Made by a program: the position numbers and the translations under genes | The notes under the pieces: generated by a model | Database searches by the model: none | What the model saw: only the letters and a program-made list of their open reading frames with translations | What the model was told of the DNA's origin: nothing | In this document: positions 47,536-56,709 of the stretch, piece after piece | Layout: every line of letters begins with the position of its first letter | Numbering within the stretch: the stretch's first letter is position 1 | Source: an uncultured Rubrobacteraceae bacterium | Lineage (GTDB): Bacteria > Actinomycetota > Rubrobacteria > Rubrobacterales > Rubrobacteraceae | Length of the DNA: 64,000 nt | Direction of reading: 5' to 3' | Assembly (NCBI GenBank): GCA_963819315.1 | Contig: CAWFVR010000014.1 | Location: forward strand, 25,909 to 89,908

Positions 47536-48363
47536 TTACCAGTCGTAGGCTTCGGGGCGACGGTTAGCGAGCGCCGGGAACTCGGCGCGGAAGCGGTCGA
47601 GGAAGTCAAGGTCGAGCGTCGCCAGGGCGTAGCCGTCACGGTCTGGGCACGTGGCGAGTACAGTTCCCCAGGGGTCAACGATCATGCTCCGCCCGTACGT
47701 CCAGCGCCCGTCTGCCTTCTGCCCCCACTGGGCCGGCGCTACGACGAAAGCCTGGTTCTCTACGGCCCGCGCGCGCAGTAGCAGCTCCCAGTGGTCCTTG
47801 CCGGTCTGCAGGGTGAAGGCAGCGGGGACGGCCAGTATCTCCGCGCCGCGCAATGCGAGGAGGCGGTAGAGCTCGGGGAAGCGCACGTCGTAGCAGACCG
47901 AGAGCCCCAGGTTGGCGGCGCCGGCCTTGGCGGTCACTATCTCGTTGCCCGGCGCGATGTTCGCGCTCTCAAGGTACTCCCTGTCCGAGACCTTCACGTC
48001 GAAGAGGTGGATCTTGCGGTACACCGCCGTCATCTCCCCTGAGGGATCGAATAACGTTGAGGTGTTGGACAACCGCCGCGCGCCGGGCTCGCCCTCCAGG
48101 ATCGAACCTCCGAGCAGGTACACGCCGAGCTCGCGAGCCAGGTCCCCCATAAACTCCGTCGTCGGACCGGGGACCGGCTCGGCGTTCTCACGGTAGACCT
48201 CATCGAGGCCGTGGCAGCTCCAGAGCTCCGGCAACGCGACGAAATCGGCGCCCGCAGAGACGGCTCCTCTGATAAGCGCCTCCGCCGTTACCTTGTTCTC
48301 CTTTTTGTCGGGCGTCGAGGACATCTGGATCGCCGCCGCCCGGATCTTCCGACCGTCCATCAA
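47536..48363 (-). CDS. Carbon-nitrogen hydrolase (nitrilase/omega-amidase superfamily)
   Basis: Catalytic E-K-C context: ALPELW, YRKIHLFD and GLSVCYDVRFPE. Confidence 0.8.
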   Translation of the reverse strand: MMDGRKIRAAAIQMSSTPDKKENKVTAEALIRGAVSAGADFVALPELWSCHGLDEVYRENAEPVPGPTTEFMGDLARELGVYLLGGSILEGEPGARRLSNTSTLFDPSGEMTAVYRKIHLFDVKVSDREYLESANIAPGNEIVTAKAGAANLGLSVCYDVRFPELYRLLALRGAEILAVPAAFTLQTGKDHWELLLRARAVENQAFVVAPAQWGQKADGRWTYGRSMIVDPWGTVLATCPDRDGYALATLDLDFLDRFRAEFPALANRRPEAYDW

Positions 48364-48409
48364 GCTCCTCCTTCTAGCGCTGCCTCAGACTAGCACGCCT
48401 GACCGTTCG

Positions 48410-49306
48410 TTACGGCGCGTCCCAGAGCGCAGCCTCCAGGACGTGCTCTCTATCGAGCTCCCGCAGCCCCAGGTAATGCCGGGCCGTCTGCAAGACGGCT
48501 TCCAGAGGCGCGAGCCCGACGAGCTCCGTGGACTCAACCGATGCCCCGTGTTCGAGCGCCGCCTGCCCTCACGGCTTCGAGAGCTACTGGCATCGAGGTC
48601 TTCTGCAGGTCCGTCAGGTTCATCGAGACCTGCGCCCTGCCGCCAACCTCCAGCCCGAGCGCCTTGAGGCCAGGCAACCCGCCATCGCGCTCCCGCACCT
48701 CCGGGCGATGGCTCTGGCCACCTCGACGTCGTCGGTGTCGAGGTAGGCGTTGAAGGCGACAAGGAAGGGACGAGCGCCGACGGCTACGGCTCCCTTGTGG
48801 GGGTCGAGCTCTCGCGGGCCGTAGTCCGGCTGCCAGAGGGGGTCTTCCAGGCGCGCGGCGAGACCATCGTAGCCGCCCCGCCGCACGTCAGCGAGATTGC
48901 GCCGGTGCGGGCCGGTGGCCGCGGCTTCATAGAGGTAGACGAGGAATCCGAGGGCCCCGAGCTTCTCCCCCACCTGGCGTGCCAGGCGAGTGGCGTCATC
49001 GAGCGTAGCCCCTTCCAGCGGCACGAACGGCAGCACGTCGAGCGAGCCCATCCTGGGGTGCTCACCTGTCTGCGAGGTGAGATCTATCTCCCTGGCGCAG
49101 GCCTCGGCCAGCGCGACGGCTGCCTCCAGGACGGCTGTCTCCTCGCCGGCGAAAGTAAGGACGCTGCGGTTGTGGTCGGGGTCGGAGTGAAGGCCGAGGA
49201 TCCGGATGCCCTCTACGGGCCGAACGGCGGCGACGATACGCGCGATCCTGTCATCGTCACGTCCCTCGCTGAAGTTGGGGACTGCTTCGAAGAGCGGTGG
49301 TTTCAC
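48410..49306 (-). pseudogene. Glutamate formimidoyltransferase, two frameshifts (about 48695-48706 and 48555-48568)
   Basis: Track ORF 48620..49306 reads MKPPLFEAVPNFSEGRD...HNRSVLTF...PRMGSLDVLPFVPL. The continuation REVRERDGGLPGLKALGLEVGGRAQVSMNLTDLQKTSMPVALEAVRA, then LEHGASVESTELVGLAPLEAVLQTARHYLGL...WDAP, is found in the other two frames and ends at TAA (complement of 48410-48412). Confidence 0.8.
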
Positions 49307-49313
49307 GGAGGAT

Positions 49314-51118
49314 CTAGGTCGCGCCCAGGGCGCGGTCGAGGTGGACGGCCGAGCTTATGAGGGAGAGGTGGGTAAGGGCCTGGGGGAAGTTGCCCAGGGC
49401 CTCGCCGCCGGCCCCGATCTCCTCGGCGTAGAGGCCGAGGTGATTGGAGTAAGAGAACATCTTCTCCAGAGCGAGGCGGGCCTCGTCGAGGCGGCCAGCC
49501 TGTGTCAGGCACTCGACGAGCCAGAAGGAGCAGAGACTGAAGCTGCCTTCACCGCCCCGGAGGCCGTCTGGAGCGGCCTCCTCCGTCTTGTAGCGGTCCA
49601 CGAGCGTGTCGTAGGTGAGCTCTTCCTGGATGCTGTCGAGGGTCGAGAGCCAGCGCGGGTCGGTCGGCCCGACGAACTTCGTGAGGGGCATGAGCAGCAG
49701 CGAGGCGTCGAGGGCGTCAGAGCCGTAGTACTGGACGAAGCTTTTTTCGCCGGGTTCCAGCCCTTCTCCATGACCTCCTCGTAGATCTTGTCCCGCTCGG
49801 AGATCCAGCGCCCGTCGCCCGCAGGGAGCCCTCGCTGGCGAGAGATGCGCCCAGCCCGCTCGAGGGCGACCCAGCACATGACCTTGGAGGAGACGAACTG
49901 CCGCTTGCCGCCCCTGACCTCCCAGATCCCCTCGTCCGGCTTGTGCCAGTTCTCGCTGAGCCAGCCGAGTATCCTGCGAAGGTTCTGCCAGAGGTCGTGA
50001 TCTAGAGGTGCTCCATGCTTGTTGTAGAGATACGCCGCGTCCAGGATGGCACCGTAGAGGTCTAGCTGGACCTGGCCGAACGCGGCGTTGCCGAGCCGTA
50101 TGGGACGGGAGTTCATGTAACCGGAGAGGTGGTCGAGCTCGGTCTCCGAGATGTCCTCACGGCCGTCGATGCCGTAGAGCGGCTGGAGGAGGCCGTCCCA
50201 GTCGCACTCGCAACGGCGCCTGAGGTAGTCCATGAAGTTGCGCGCCTCTTCGTCGAACCCTATGGAGATGAGAGCGTAGAGCGTGAACGCGGCGTCACGC
50301 AGCCATGTGTAACGGTAGTCCCAATTGCGCTCGCCACCGATCCTCTCCGGCAGACCCATCGTAGGAGCAGCGACCAGCGCCCCTGTCGGGTCGTAGACCA
50401 TGAGCTTGAGGACGAGCGCCGAGCGGTGGACCTCCTCCCGCCACCGCCCGCGGTAAGTGCTCTTCGAGAGCCAGCGCCGCCAGAAGTCGAGCGTGCTCCG
50501 CAAGAGATCCTCGAAGTCGCGCTCGGAGAGTGCCTCACCGGGGCCCTCGCCCTCCTCGCCCTCAGCCAGGACGAACGTGACCATCTCGCCCTCTTTCATC
50601 GTAAAACGCCCCCCGGCGGCCCCTTTCGTTCTCTCCTTGAGCGGAACTCCCGCCGAGAGCCTGAGGGAGACGTGGGACGAGGCCTTCGACGCGAAGAAAG
50701 CCCCGCTATCTCCGACCGCGACGTAGTGCTCCTTGCGAGCGTAGTCGAAGGCCGGCCGGCACTCGACGTCGAAGGTCATCTTGCCGCGCACGACGCGCAC
50801 GTTGCGAACCAGCCGGTGGCGGTCCCCCGGGCTTTCGAGTATGGACATGAAGTCTATGATCTCGGCCATCCCCTCCGGGGAGAGGAAGCGGGTGAGCAGC
50901 ACGTTGGTGTCGGGAAGGTAGAGCTGCTGGCTGCGGGCATACTCGACGGGTCCGAGCTTGAAGTGCCCACCCTTCTCGTCGTCGAGGATGGAGCAGAAGA
51001 CGCTCGGAGAGTCGAAGGCCGGCAGACACAACCAGTCTATAGTGCCGTCTCGCCCCACGAGCGCCGCCGTGTGGAGGTCCCCCACGATCCCGTGATCCTC
51101 TATGGGCAAATAACCCAA
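49314..51118 (-). pseudogene. Glycoside hydrolase family 15 (glucoamylase/trehalase-like), one frameshift in a 6-nt A/T run (49742-49747)
   Basis: Track ORF 49505..51118 (MGYLPIEDHGIVGDLHTAALVGRDGTIDWLCLP, NWDYRYTWLRDAAF) continues in ORF 49314..49877 (KSFVQYYGSDALDASLLLMPL...GSFSLCSFWLVE...NFPQALTHLSLI). Seven A instead of six would restore the frame. Confidence 0.85.
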
Positions 51119-51149
51119 CTCTCACCCCTAATCTCACCGCCGCCGGCTT

Positions 51150-52660
51150 TCCAGACATAATCTTAGCTGGACTTTGGCCATTCACGCTGCGTAGCAAACC
51201 GCGTCGGTTAGCCGCTCTACGAACTCCCGTGGGACTTTTACGTTGTCGGTTCTCCTGGGGCGACCCGCAAAAAGTCGCCTCCTGGGTCCACAACTCCTTG
51301 CGCACCAACGCCAGGGCATCGGAGAAGGTCGGATGTCTCCTTGCCGTACCACGCTGCTCGCCGTACGACGCCTCGCGGCATTGCGTCTTCGTGCTGGTGG
51401 GCGAAGAGCGTAACCAGGGAGAATAGACGCCAACAAGCGCCGGGGCCGTGCGCTGGACCGCTTTCTCCGACCAATGTCTCTGGGTCTCGAACCCGAGGCG
51501 CTGGCGCACCTCTTGAAAAGTAGCCTCCATCTGCCAGCGTCCTGACGAACCACGAGATGATCTGTTCCGGATCAGCTTCGAGGTCGGTGCATAAGCAAGA
51601 GCTTGGGTTTCGAACTCTTCCTTCAGGGTCGCGGATCAATACCCAACGCAGGGGCACGGCAGGCAAGCCAGTGCTGTACCAGACGGCCGTCCGCAGAGAC
51701 CACCTCCACGACGCGCTCCTGGCCACCGTACCAGCCGATGATCGTGATCGACTTCCACTCGACGCTGGCCGATCCTCGGCTACCGATGGAGAGGTTCGGC
51801 AAGCTCTCGCCCTTGAGGCGAGGGCGTCCTATCTGGCCGGGATACCGTGACGGAGCCGGTTCGTAGAGTGCAGCGTCCAGCCTCAGGCGGGTTATGAAGG
51901 TGATCGGCTTCTTGAGCCTCCGGCAGCAATCGAGGAGCTTCAAGGAAGCGTAGGTGCTGTCGGCGACGGCTACTATCTCTCGCTCTGGGTACCAGCGCCT
52001 CACCACAAGCAGAAGCTGCCAGGCCCACTCAGTGATCTGTCTTATGCCGCTGGCCCTGCTCCTTGGGTGTAGCGCTCGGAAGGAGCCAGCACCGAAAGAA
52101 ACGGCAAGGCCCACACCCGAGAAGCCCACGGAACATCCGTTAGCAGCACCACGCACACCCATCTGAGAGCACTCGTTTTGACGAAGTGGGAGTGGCTGGA
52201 TCTAACCGGGTCCCGGTAGATCCCCTTTGCCGCGATCTTCTTGCCCTGGCGTCGCTCGAGACGTCTCGTCTACACCCACAACCAACGGTCCATCCGGGCA
52301 CGAACGCTTCTACGAGCAATCTCAGCAAAATGCGGCTCGCTTCCCGACTCGACCAGGCGGCACGGCTCAAGACCCGATGGTAGCGGCAGAAGCGCCGTTC
52401 GTCTTGCAAGCCCACTGCTCGTAGAGCGGAAGCTACGGTTCTCTTGCCTGGGGCGAGCATCGAACCTGTGAGCAACACCTGGACATGCTGCGAAGACACG
52501 TTTGGAAAACAGTGGCGCGAAAGGGACCAGGACCCGCTTACCGGCTAAGTGGCGCGATCCGCTCCTCTGGGCCGGAAGTAGATGGGAGAAGACCAAAACA
52601 GATGGGGCGAAGAGGAAGGGATCTCCTCACGTTTCTGCGAAAAAGCTCGTGGGTATACGA
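51150..52660 (-). mobile_element. Decayed IS701/IS4-like insertion sequence remnant (boundaries approximate)
   Basis: The region between the GH15 start and the hydrolase gene is occupied only by transposase fragments. I could not identify terminal inverted repeats or target duplications. Confidence 0.55.
51182..52596 (-). pseudogene. DDE transposase (IS701/IS4-like), at least 10 frame changes and internal stops
   Basis: Conserved blocks are scattered over all three minus frames. They include FAPLFSKRVF, HVQVLLTGSMLAPGKRTV...YHRVLSRAAWS, PDGPLVVGVDET, LERRQGKKIAAKGIYRDPVRSSHSHFVKTSALRW and ITEWAWQLLLVVRRWYPEREIVAVADSTYAS...RLRLDAALYEPAP. Further blocks are AVWYSTGLPAVPLRWVLIRDPEG, MEATFQEVRQRLGFETQRHWS, SLVTLFAHQ, PTFSDALALVRKELW and VKVPREFVERLTDAVCYAA. 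Confidence 0.7.
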
Positions 52661-52710
52661 TACATTGCTCGCGTTACGATTCGTAGCAAGCTAACGCATG
52701 GAGGTAAATC

Positions 52711-53436
52711 GTGGAAGAGATGTTAGGCGGCACCAGGATCACCTACCTCGGACACGCCACATTCCAGTTCGTGACCGCGGGTGGCGAGCAGATCATCATA
52801 GACCCCTTCCTCACGGACAACCCCCAGACGCCCGACGAGCTGAAACGGATCGGTGACCTGGACACCATTCTCATCACCCACGGACACTTCGACCACTTCT
52901 CTGACGTGATGCCGCTCCTTGGGCAGACGGGCGCCACTGCGGTCGCCAACTTCGAGATCTTCGCCTACCTCCAGAGGGAAGGCGTAGAGAACGCGATGCC
53001 GATCCAGAAGGGCGGCACGATAGAGGTCGGGGGCATCAAGGTAACCGCGACCAATGCGTTCCACTCATCGAGCATAGCCCTCGACGACGGCAGCCTCATC
53101 TACGGTGGCGAGCCCCTGGGGTACGTGATCGAGTTCGAGAGCGGCTTCAAGCTCTACCACGCGGGGGATACCTGCATCTTCGGCGACATGCAGCTGATCG
53201 GGGAGCTCTACAGGCCGGACCTGGCACTCCTGCCTATCGGCAATCAGGTGGTGATGAGCCCCTACGAGGCCGCCCACGCCGCGAGGCTCCTGGGCGTCCG
53301 GCACGTCGTCCCCATCCACTACGGGACCTTCCCTTTCCTACCAGGCACCGCCGAGGAGTTCCAGCGGCACGTGAGCGAGGTCGCACCCGGCGTCACCGTG
53401 CACGTCATGAAGCCCGGGGACGACCTGACGTCCTAG
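52711..53436 (+). CDS. UPF0173-type metal-dependent hydrolase (MBL fold)
   Basis: GTG 52711 lies 6 nt after GGAGG. Motifs ITYLGHATFQF, ILITHGHFDHF, YHAGDT and VPIHYGTFP. Confidence 0.8.
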   Translation: MEEMLGGTRITYLGHATFQFVTAGGEQIIIDPFLTDNPQTPDELKRIGDLDTILITHGHFDHFSDVMPLLGQTGATAVANFEIFAYLQREGVENAMPIQKGGTIEVGGIKVTATNAFHSSSIALDDGSLIYGGEPLGYVIEFESGFKLYHAGDTCIFGDMQLIGELYRPDLALLPIGNQVVMSPYEAAHAARLLGVRHVVPIHYGTFPFLPGTAEEFQRHVSEVAPGVTVHVMKPGDDLTS

Positions 53437-53463
53437 CCGGTCAGCCCCCCGGCGTACCGGGGA

Positions 53464-54195
53464 CTACATAGTCGCGGAAAGGACTACCAGGAGAGCTGAC
53501 CTCGCCGCCTCCCCCGTAGCCCCCACTGCGTCGCCGCCGATGCCGCCGAATGCCCTGCGTGACAGCCGCAACCCGGCCAGCGCCGTCAGCGGCACCGGGA
53601 CAGCTGCAAGCAGAGCCGGTGTTCCAAGCGGCAGGAGCAGGAGCGGCGGGCCGAGCAGGGCCAGCGCCACGCCGGCCGTCCTGCCCCAGCCCGTGAGGGA
53701 CCGCACGAAGGGGACCGAGGACGAGCCTGCCTCGGCGGGCTTGCCGAAGGCCAGTACAAGGAGCATCGCGGAGCGGACCGAGACCTCCGCGGCGAGCAGA
53801 GCAAGCGCCGCGCGGGCGGGGGAATGATCGGTCAGCGAGATCAGCGCGGCGAGCGCCGGCGCGTAGACCAAGAAGAGCGCCACGATCCCCCCGACCCCGA
53901 TGCGGGTGTCCCCTAGCACCGCCCGGCGTCGCTCCGGATCTCCTCGCACCATCAGGGCATCGCCCACGTCGAGTACCCCGTCCGTGTGGTGTAGGCCCGC
54001 AGTGAGCAGCACCGCTCCGAGCGCCAGCGTGCCGGCTACACCTTCGGGCAACGCATAACCAAGAAGGAGTAGCGCCGCTCCAGGCGCACCCGTAAGGAGA
54101 CCGACGAGCGGCAGGAGGTAAACGCTCCGGGCCGCGTCGTCGAGGGAAGCGCCGCGGGCGGGAAACGCAGTGAAAAAGGAGATGAGCGCCCGCAA
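53464..54195 (-). CDS. cobS: Adenosylcobinamide-GDP ribazoletransferase (cobalamin synthase)
   Basis: LISFFTAFP..., LHHTDGVLDVGDAL and GDTRIGVGG match the CobS family. Polytopic, 243 aa. Confidence 0.85.
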   Translation of the reverse strand: MRALISFFTAFPARGASLDDAARSVYLLPLVGLLTGAPGAALLLLGYALPEGVAGTLALGAVLLTAGLHHTDGVLDVGDALMVRGDPERRRAVLGDTRIGVGGIVALFLVYAPALAALISLTDHSPARAALALLAAEVSVRSAMLLVLAFGKPAEAGSSSVPFVRSLTGWGRTAGVALALLGPPLLLLPLGTPALLAAVPVPLTALAGLRLSRRAFGGIGGDAVGATGEAARSALLVVLSATM

Positions 54196-54714
54196 CTACT
54201 TGACCCTCATCCCGATTCCGGCCACACACAGACGGACCTCCTCGGCAGCCGCAGCGGCCCGCTGGTTGGCGAGTCCGAGCAAATCTCTGAAGGATCTTCC
54301 CGCATCGCTCTCGGGCACGACGCCGAGCCCCACCTCGTCGCTCACCAGGATCAGGGACGCTCCAAGTGCCGTCGCGCCCTCGAGGAAGAGATCCAACTCC
54401 TGCAGCGTCTCCTCCTCTCCGCCGGGCATGCGCGCCGAGACCCACAGGGTAAGGGAGTCGAGCAGCACCGCTTCCCACTGCTGCGCGGCCTCGAGAACCG
54501 CGCCGAGGTCTCCCCCGCCGAGCTCGAGCGTCCCCCACCCGCCCGGCCGGCGCTCGCGGTGGCGCCTGACGCGCTCTTCGAGCTCCGGGTCCCGGCTCGC
54601 GAGGGCAGTGGCGACGTAGAGCACGCTCTCGCCTCCCAGGGCCACAGCCAGCTCCTCTGCGAACGCGCTCTTCCCACTGCGGGCGCCGCCGAGGATTAGC
54701 GCGCGGACGGCTAC
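54196..54714 (-). CDS. cobU: Adenosylcobinamide kinase / adenosylcobinamide-phosphate guanylyltransferase; start codon unresolved
   Basis: Track ORF 54196..54645 lacks the P-loop. The same frame is open upstream and encodes VVAVRALILGGARSGKSAFAEELA. There is no ATG/GTG/TTG in that frame upstream of 54645. Downstream motifs: LLDSLTLW and LILVSDEVGLGVVP. Confidence 0.75.
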   Translation of the reverse strand, partial: VAVRALILGGARSGKSAFAEELAVALGGESVLYVATALASRDPELEERVRRHRERRPGGWGTLELGGGDLGAVLEAAQQWEAVLLDSLTLWVSARMPGGEEETLQELDLFLEGATALGASLILVSDEVGLGVVPESDAGRSFRDLLGLANQRAAAAAEEVRLCVAGIGMRVK

Positions 54715-55781
54715 AACTCCTCCCGGATCCAGGCCAGCAGCCGCTCGTTCTCCGCAGCGCTCCGCACTGCCACTCTAAAGTATCCCGGTCCAAGCCCGAG
54801 GAAAGGCTCGCAGCCGCGGATGAGAACTCCCCTCCGGGCCAGCCGTACGGAGAGCCCCTCGGGACCGCGGACCAGCAGGAAGTTGGCCACGCCTGGAAAG
54901 ACCGTCAGCCCGGGCAAAGCTCCGAGGTCCTTGAGCAACGCCTCGCGCAGGCGCGTCACCTCCGCCACGGAGGCATCCACGAAGCCCTGGTCTTTGACGG
55001 CCACGGTTCCCGCAGCCGCCGCGACCGCGTTCACGGGCCAAGAGGGCTGAAAGCTCTGGAGGGAGCAGGGGTTTGCGCACACCAGGCAGCCCAGCCGCAG
55101 GCCGGGCATCCCGAAGAACTTGGTGAACGAGCGCGCGACGTAGAGGTCCCCGTCCGCCTCCGCCACGACGCTTATCTCGGGCGCGAAGTCGGCGAAGGCC
55201 TCATCTACCAGGAGAACCGCGCCTTTCCCGAGCACCCTGTCGGCAATCTCGAGAACCTCTGCCCTTTCGAGAGCATCCCCCGTCGGATTGTTAGGGTTGC
55301 ACAGAAAGACCAGGCTCACGCCGTCAAGGTCCTCGAGGACAGCGGAATCGAAGCGGAATGCAGCGTTTGAGCTTCTGGCCACGCGCCGCACCGGCTCCAG
55401 GCCGGCGGCTCGGGCTGCCGCGGCGTACTCGCTGAAGGTAGGCTCCAGGATCAATGCCTTGCCCCCTGCGCGAGCGCCGCGGGCGGCCAGGAACAGCGCC
55501 TCGGCGCCCCCGTTGGTGGGCAGTATCTTCGCTGGCGAGACGCCGAGATACCTAGCCAGCGCGTCGCGTAGCAGCCGGTATCCGGCGTCCGGGTAGCGGC
55601 CGGCCTCCTCGCGGAGCGCCCTCCGCGCAGCCTCCATGGCTTCTGCGGGGACCCCGAGAGGGTTGACGTTCTGGCTGAAGTCCAGGAGATCCTGCTCCGC
55701 CACGTGGAGAGACCTTGAAGCCGCGGTCCCGTGCGCCCCGTGGTGGCGGCCGCCTGGGTGCTCCGCCCAACCTTCAACCAC
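54711..55781 (-). CDS. cobD: Threonine-phosphate decarboxylase (CobD; class I/II aminotransferase fold)
   Basis: LLDFSQNVNPLGVP, YPD and ILPTNGGAEALFL, then FLCNPNNPTG and SFTKFFGMPGLRLG (PLP lysine). Confidence 0.8.
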   Translation of the reverse strand: MVEGWAEHPGGRHHGAHGTAASRSLHVAEQDLLDFSQNVNPLGVPAEAMEAARRALREEAGRYPDAGYRLLRDALARYLGVSPAKILPTNGGAEALFLAARGARAGGKALILEPTFSEYAAAARAAGLEPVRRVARSSNAAFRFDSAVLEDLDGVSLVFLCNPNNPTGDALERAEVLEIADRVLGKGAVLLVDEAFADFAPEISVVAEADGDLYVARSFTKFFGMPGLRLGCLVCANPCSLQSFQPSWPVNAVAAAAGTVAVKDQGFVDASVAEVTRLREALLKDLGALPGLTVFPGVANFLLVRGPEGLSVRLARRGVLIRGCEPFLGLGPGYFRVAVRSAAENERLLAWIREEL

Positions 55782-56709
55782 GACGGAGCCCTCCCGCGAC
55801 GACGGCGGTTGCGGCGACGAGCGTGCAGCAACGGCGCATTAGCCTCACGGCGCGCCGGATGTCCTCCATCGTGGGACGCCGGCCGTCGCCGAGGATCGCG
55901 CCCCTCCGGACGGCGCCTCCGTAGGAGTTGGTCCCGCCGAGGCTGAGGCCGAGCGCGCCCGCGAACGCGGCCTCTGCCCAGCCGGCGTTGGGGCTAGTCG
56001 TGAGCGGTCCGTAGCGCCGGGCCGTCGCGACCGTGGCGATCGGCCTTCCGGAGACCACGGCGGCGGCGACGGCCGTGGCACGGGCCGGCGCAAGGTTGGC
56101 CAGGTCGTCGAGCCGGGCCGAGGCCCAGCCGAACTCCGCGTACGGACCGACCCGGTAGCCAACCATCGAGTCGAGCGTGTTTACGGACCTGTAAGCCAGC
56201 GCCCCCGGCGCGCCGAACAAGAAACCGTAAAGCATAGGGGCGACGACGCCGTCGCTCGCGTTCTCGGCCACGGACTCGATCACGGCGCGCGAGAGCTCGG
56301 CCTTCGAGAGGTCCTCCGTGTCACGGCCGACCAGCGCACCAACGCTGGCTCGCGCCCATTCGAGTTCGCCCTCCAGGAGCTCGCGCTCTACGGCTCCGGC
56401 GGCCCTGCTGAGGCCACGCATCGAGAGGGAAGTGGAGATCAGGGTCGCGCCAAGGGCTCCACGGAGAGGCCGGGGCGTGACACCGAGGGAGATCCTGGCC
56501 GAGAGGTAGACGAGTGCAGGCAGCGCTGAGGCCAGCGCGACGCCCGCAAGGCGCCGAACTCGAGGACTCTCCGACTTCAACGCTCGCTTCTCGCAGGCCG
56601 AGATCGCGCGCCCCATCCAGACGGTCGGGTGCAGATGCTCGGGCGGTTCGCCGAACAGAGCGTCCACGAGGAGCGCCGCTGCGACCTCACCTCCGCGCCC
56701 CAGCCTCAT
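55774..56709 (-). CDS. cbiB: Adenosylcobinamide-phosphate synthase (CbiB/CobD membrane protein)
   Basis: Start moved to ATG 56709, which forms an ATGA overlap with the upstream ORF. Motifs LLVDALFGEPPEHLHPTVWMG, GRDTEDLS, ESVAENASDGVVAPM, NTLDSMVGY and PNAGWAEAAFAGALG. Confidence 0.85.
   Translation of the reverse strand: MRLGRGGEVAAALLVDALFGEPPEHLHPTVWMGRAISACEKRALKSESPRVRRLAGVALASALPALVYLSARISLGVTPRPLRGALGATLISTSLSMRGLSRAAGAVERELLEGELEWARASVGALVGRDTEDLSKAELSRAVIESVAENASDGVVAPMLYGFLFGAPGALAYRSVNTLDSMVGYRVGPYAEFGWASARLDDLANLAPARATAVAAAVVSGRPIATVATARRYGPLTTSPNAGWAEAAFAGALGLSLGGTNSYGGAVRRGAILGDGRRPTMEDIRRAVRLMRRCCTLVAATAVVAGGLRRG

Noticed and set aside
9856-51118. Programmed ribosomal frameshifting or transcriptional slippage as the explanation for the split genes.
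   Set aside because: The sites share no slippery heptamer or downstream structure. They require both +1 and -1 corrections. They hit unrelated housekeeping genes. Sequencing or assembly indels, or mutational decay, explain them more simply.
53441-54793. Long Arg/Pro/Gly-rich ORFs antisense to or overlapping real genes. Examples: 53441..54793, 31960..33285, 32481..34208, 38769..39959, 8660..9415, 55774..57057 (5' part) and 4080..4778.
   Set aside because: These are typical stop-codon-poor alternative frames of high-GC DNA. Their composition is low-complexity. Each overlaps a gene with clear family motifs on the other frame or strand.
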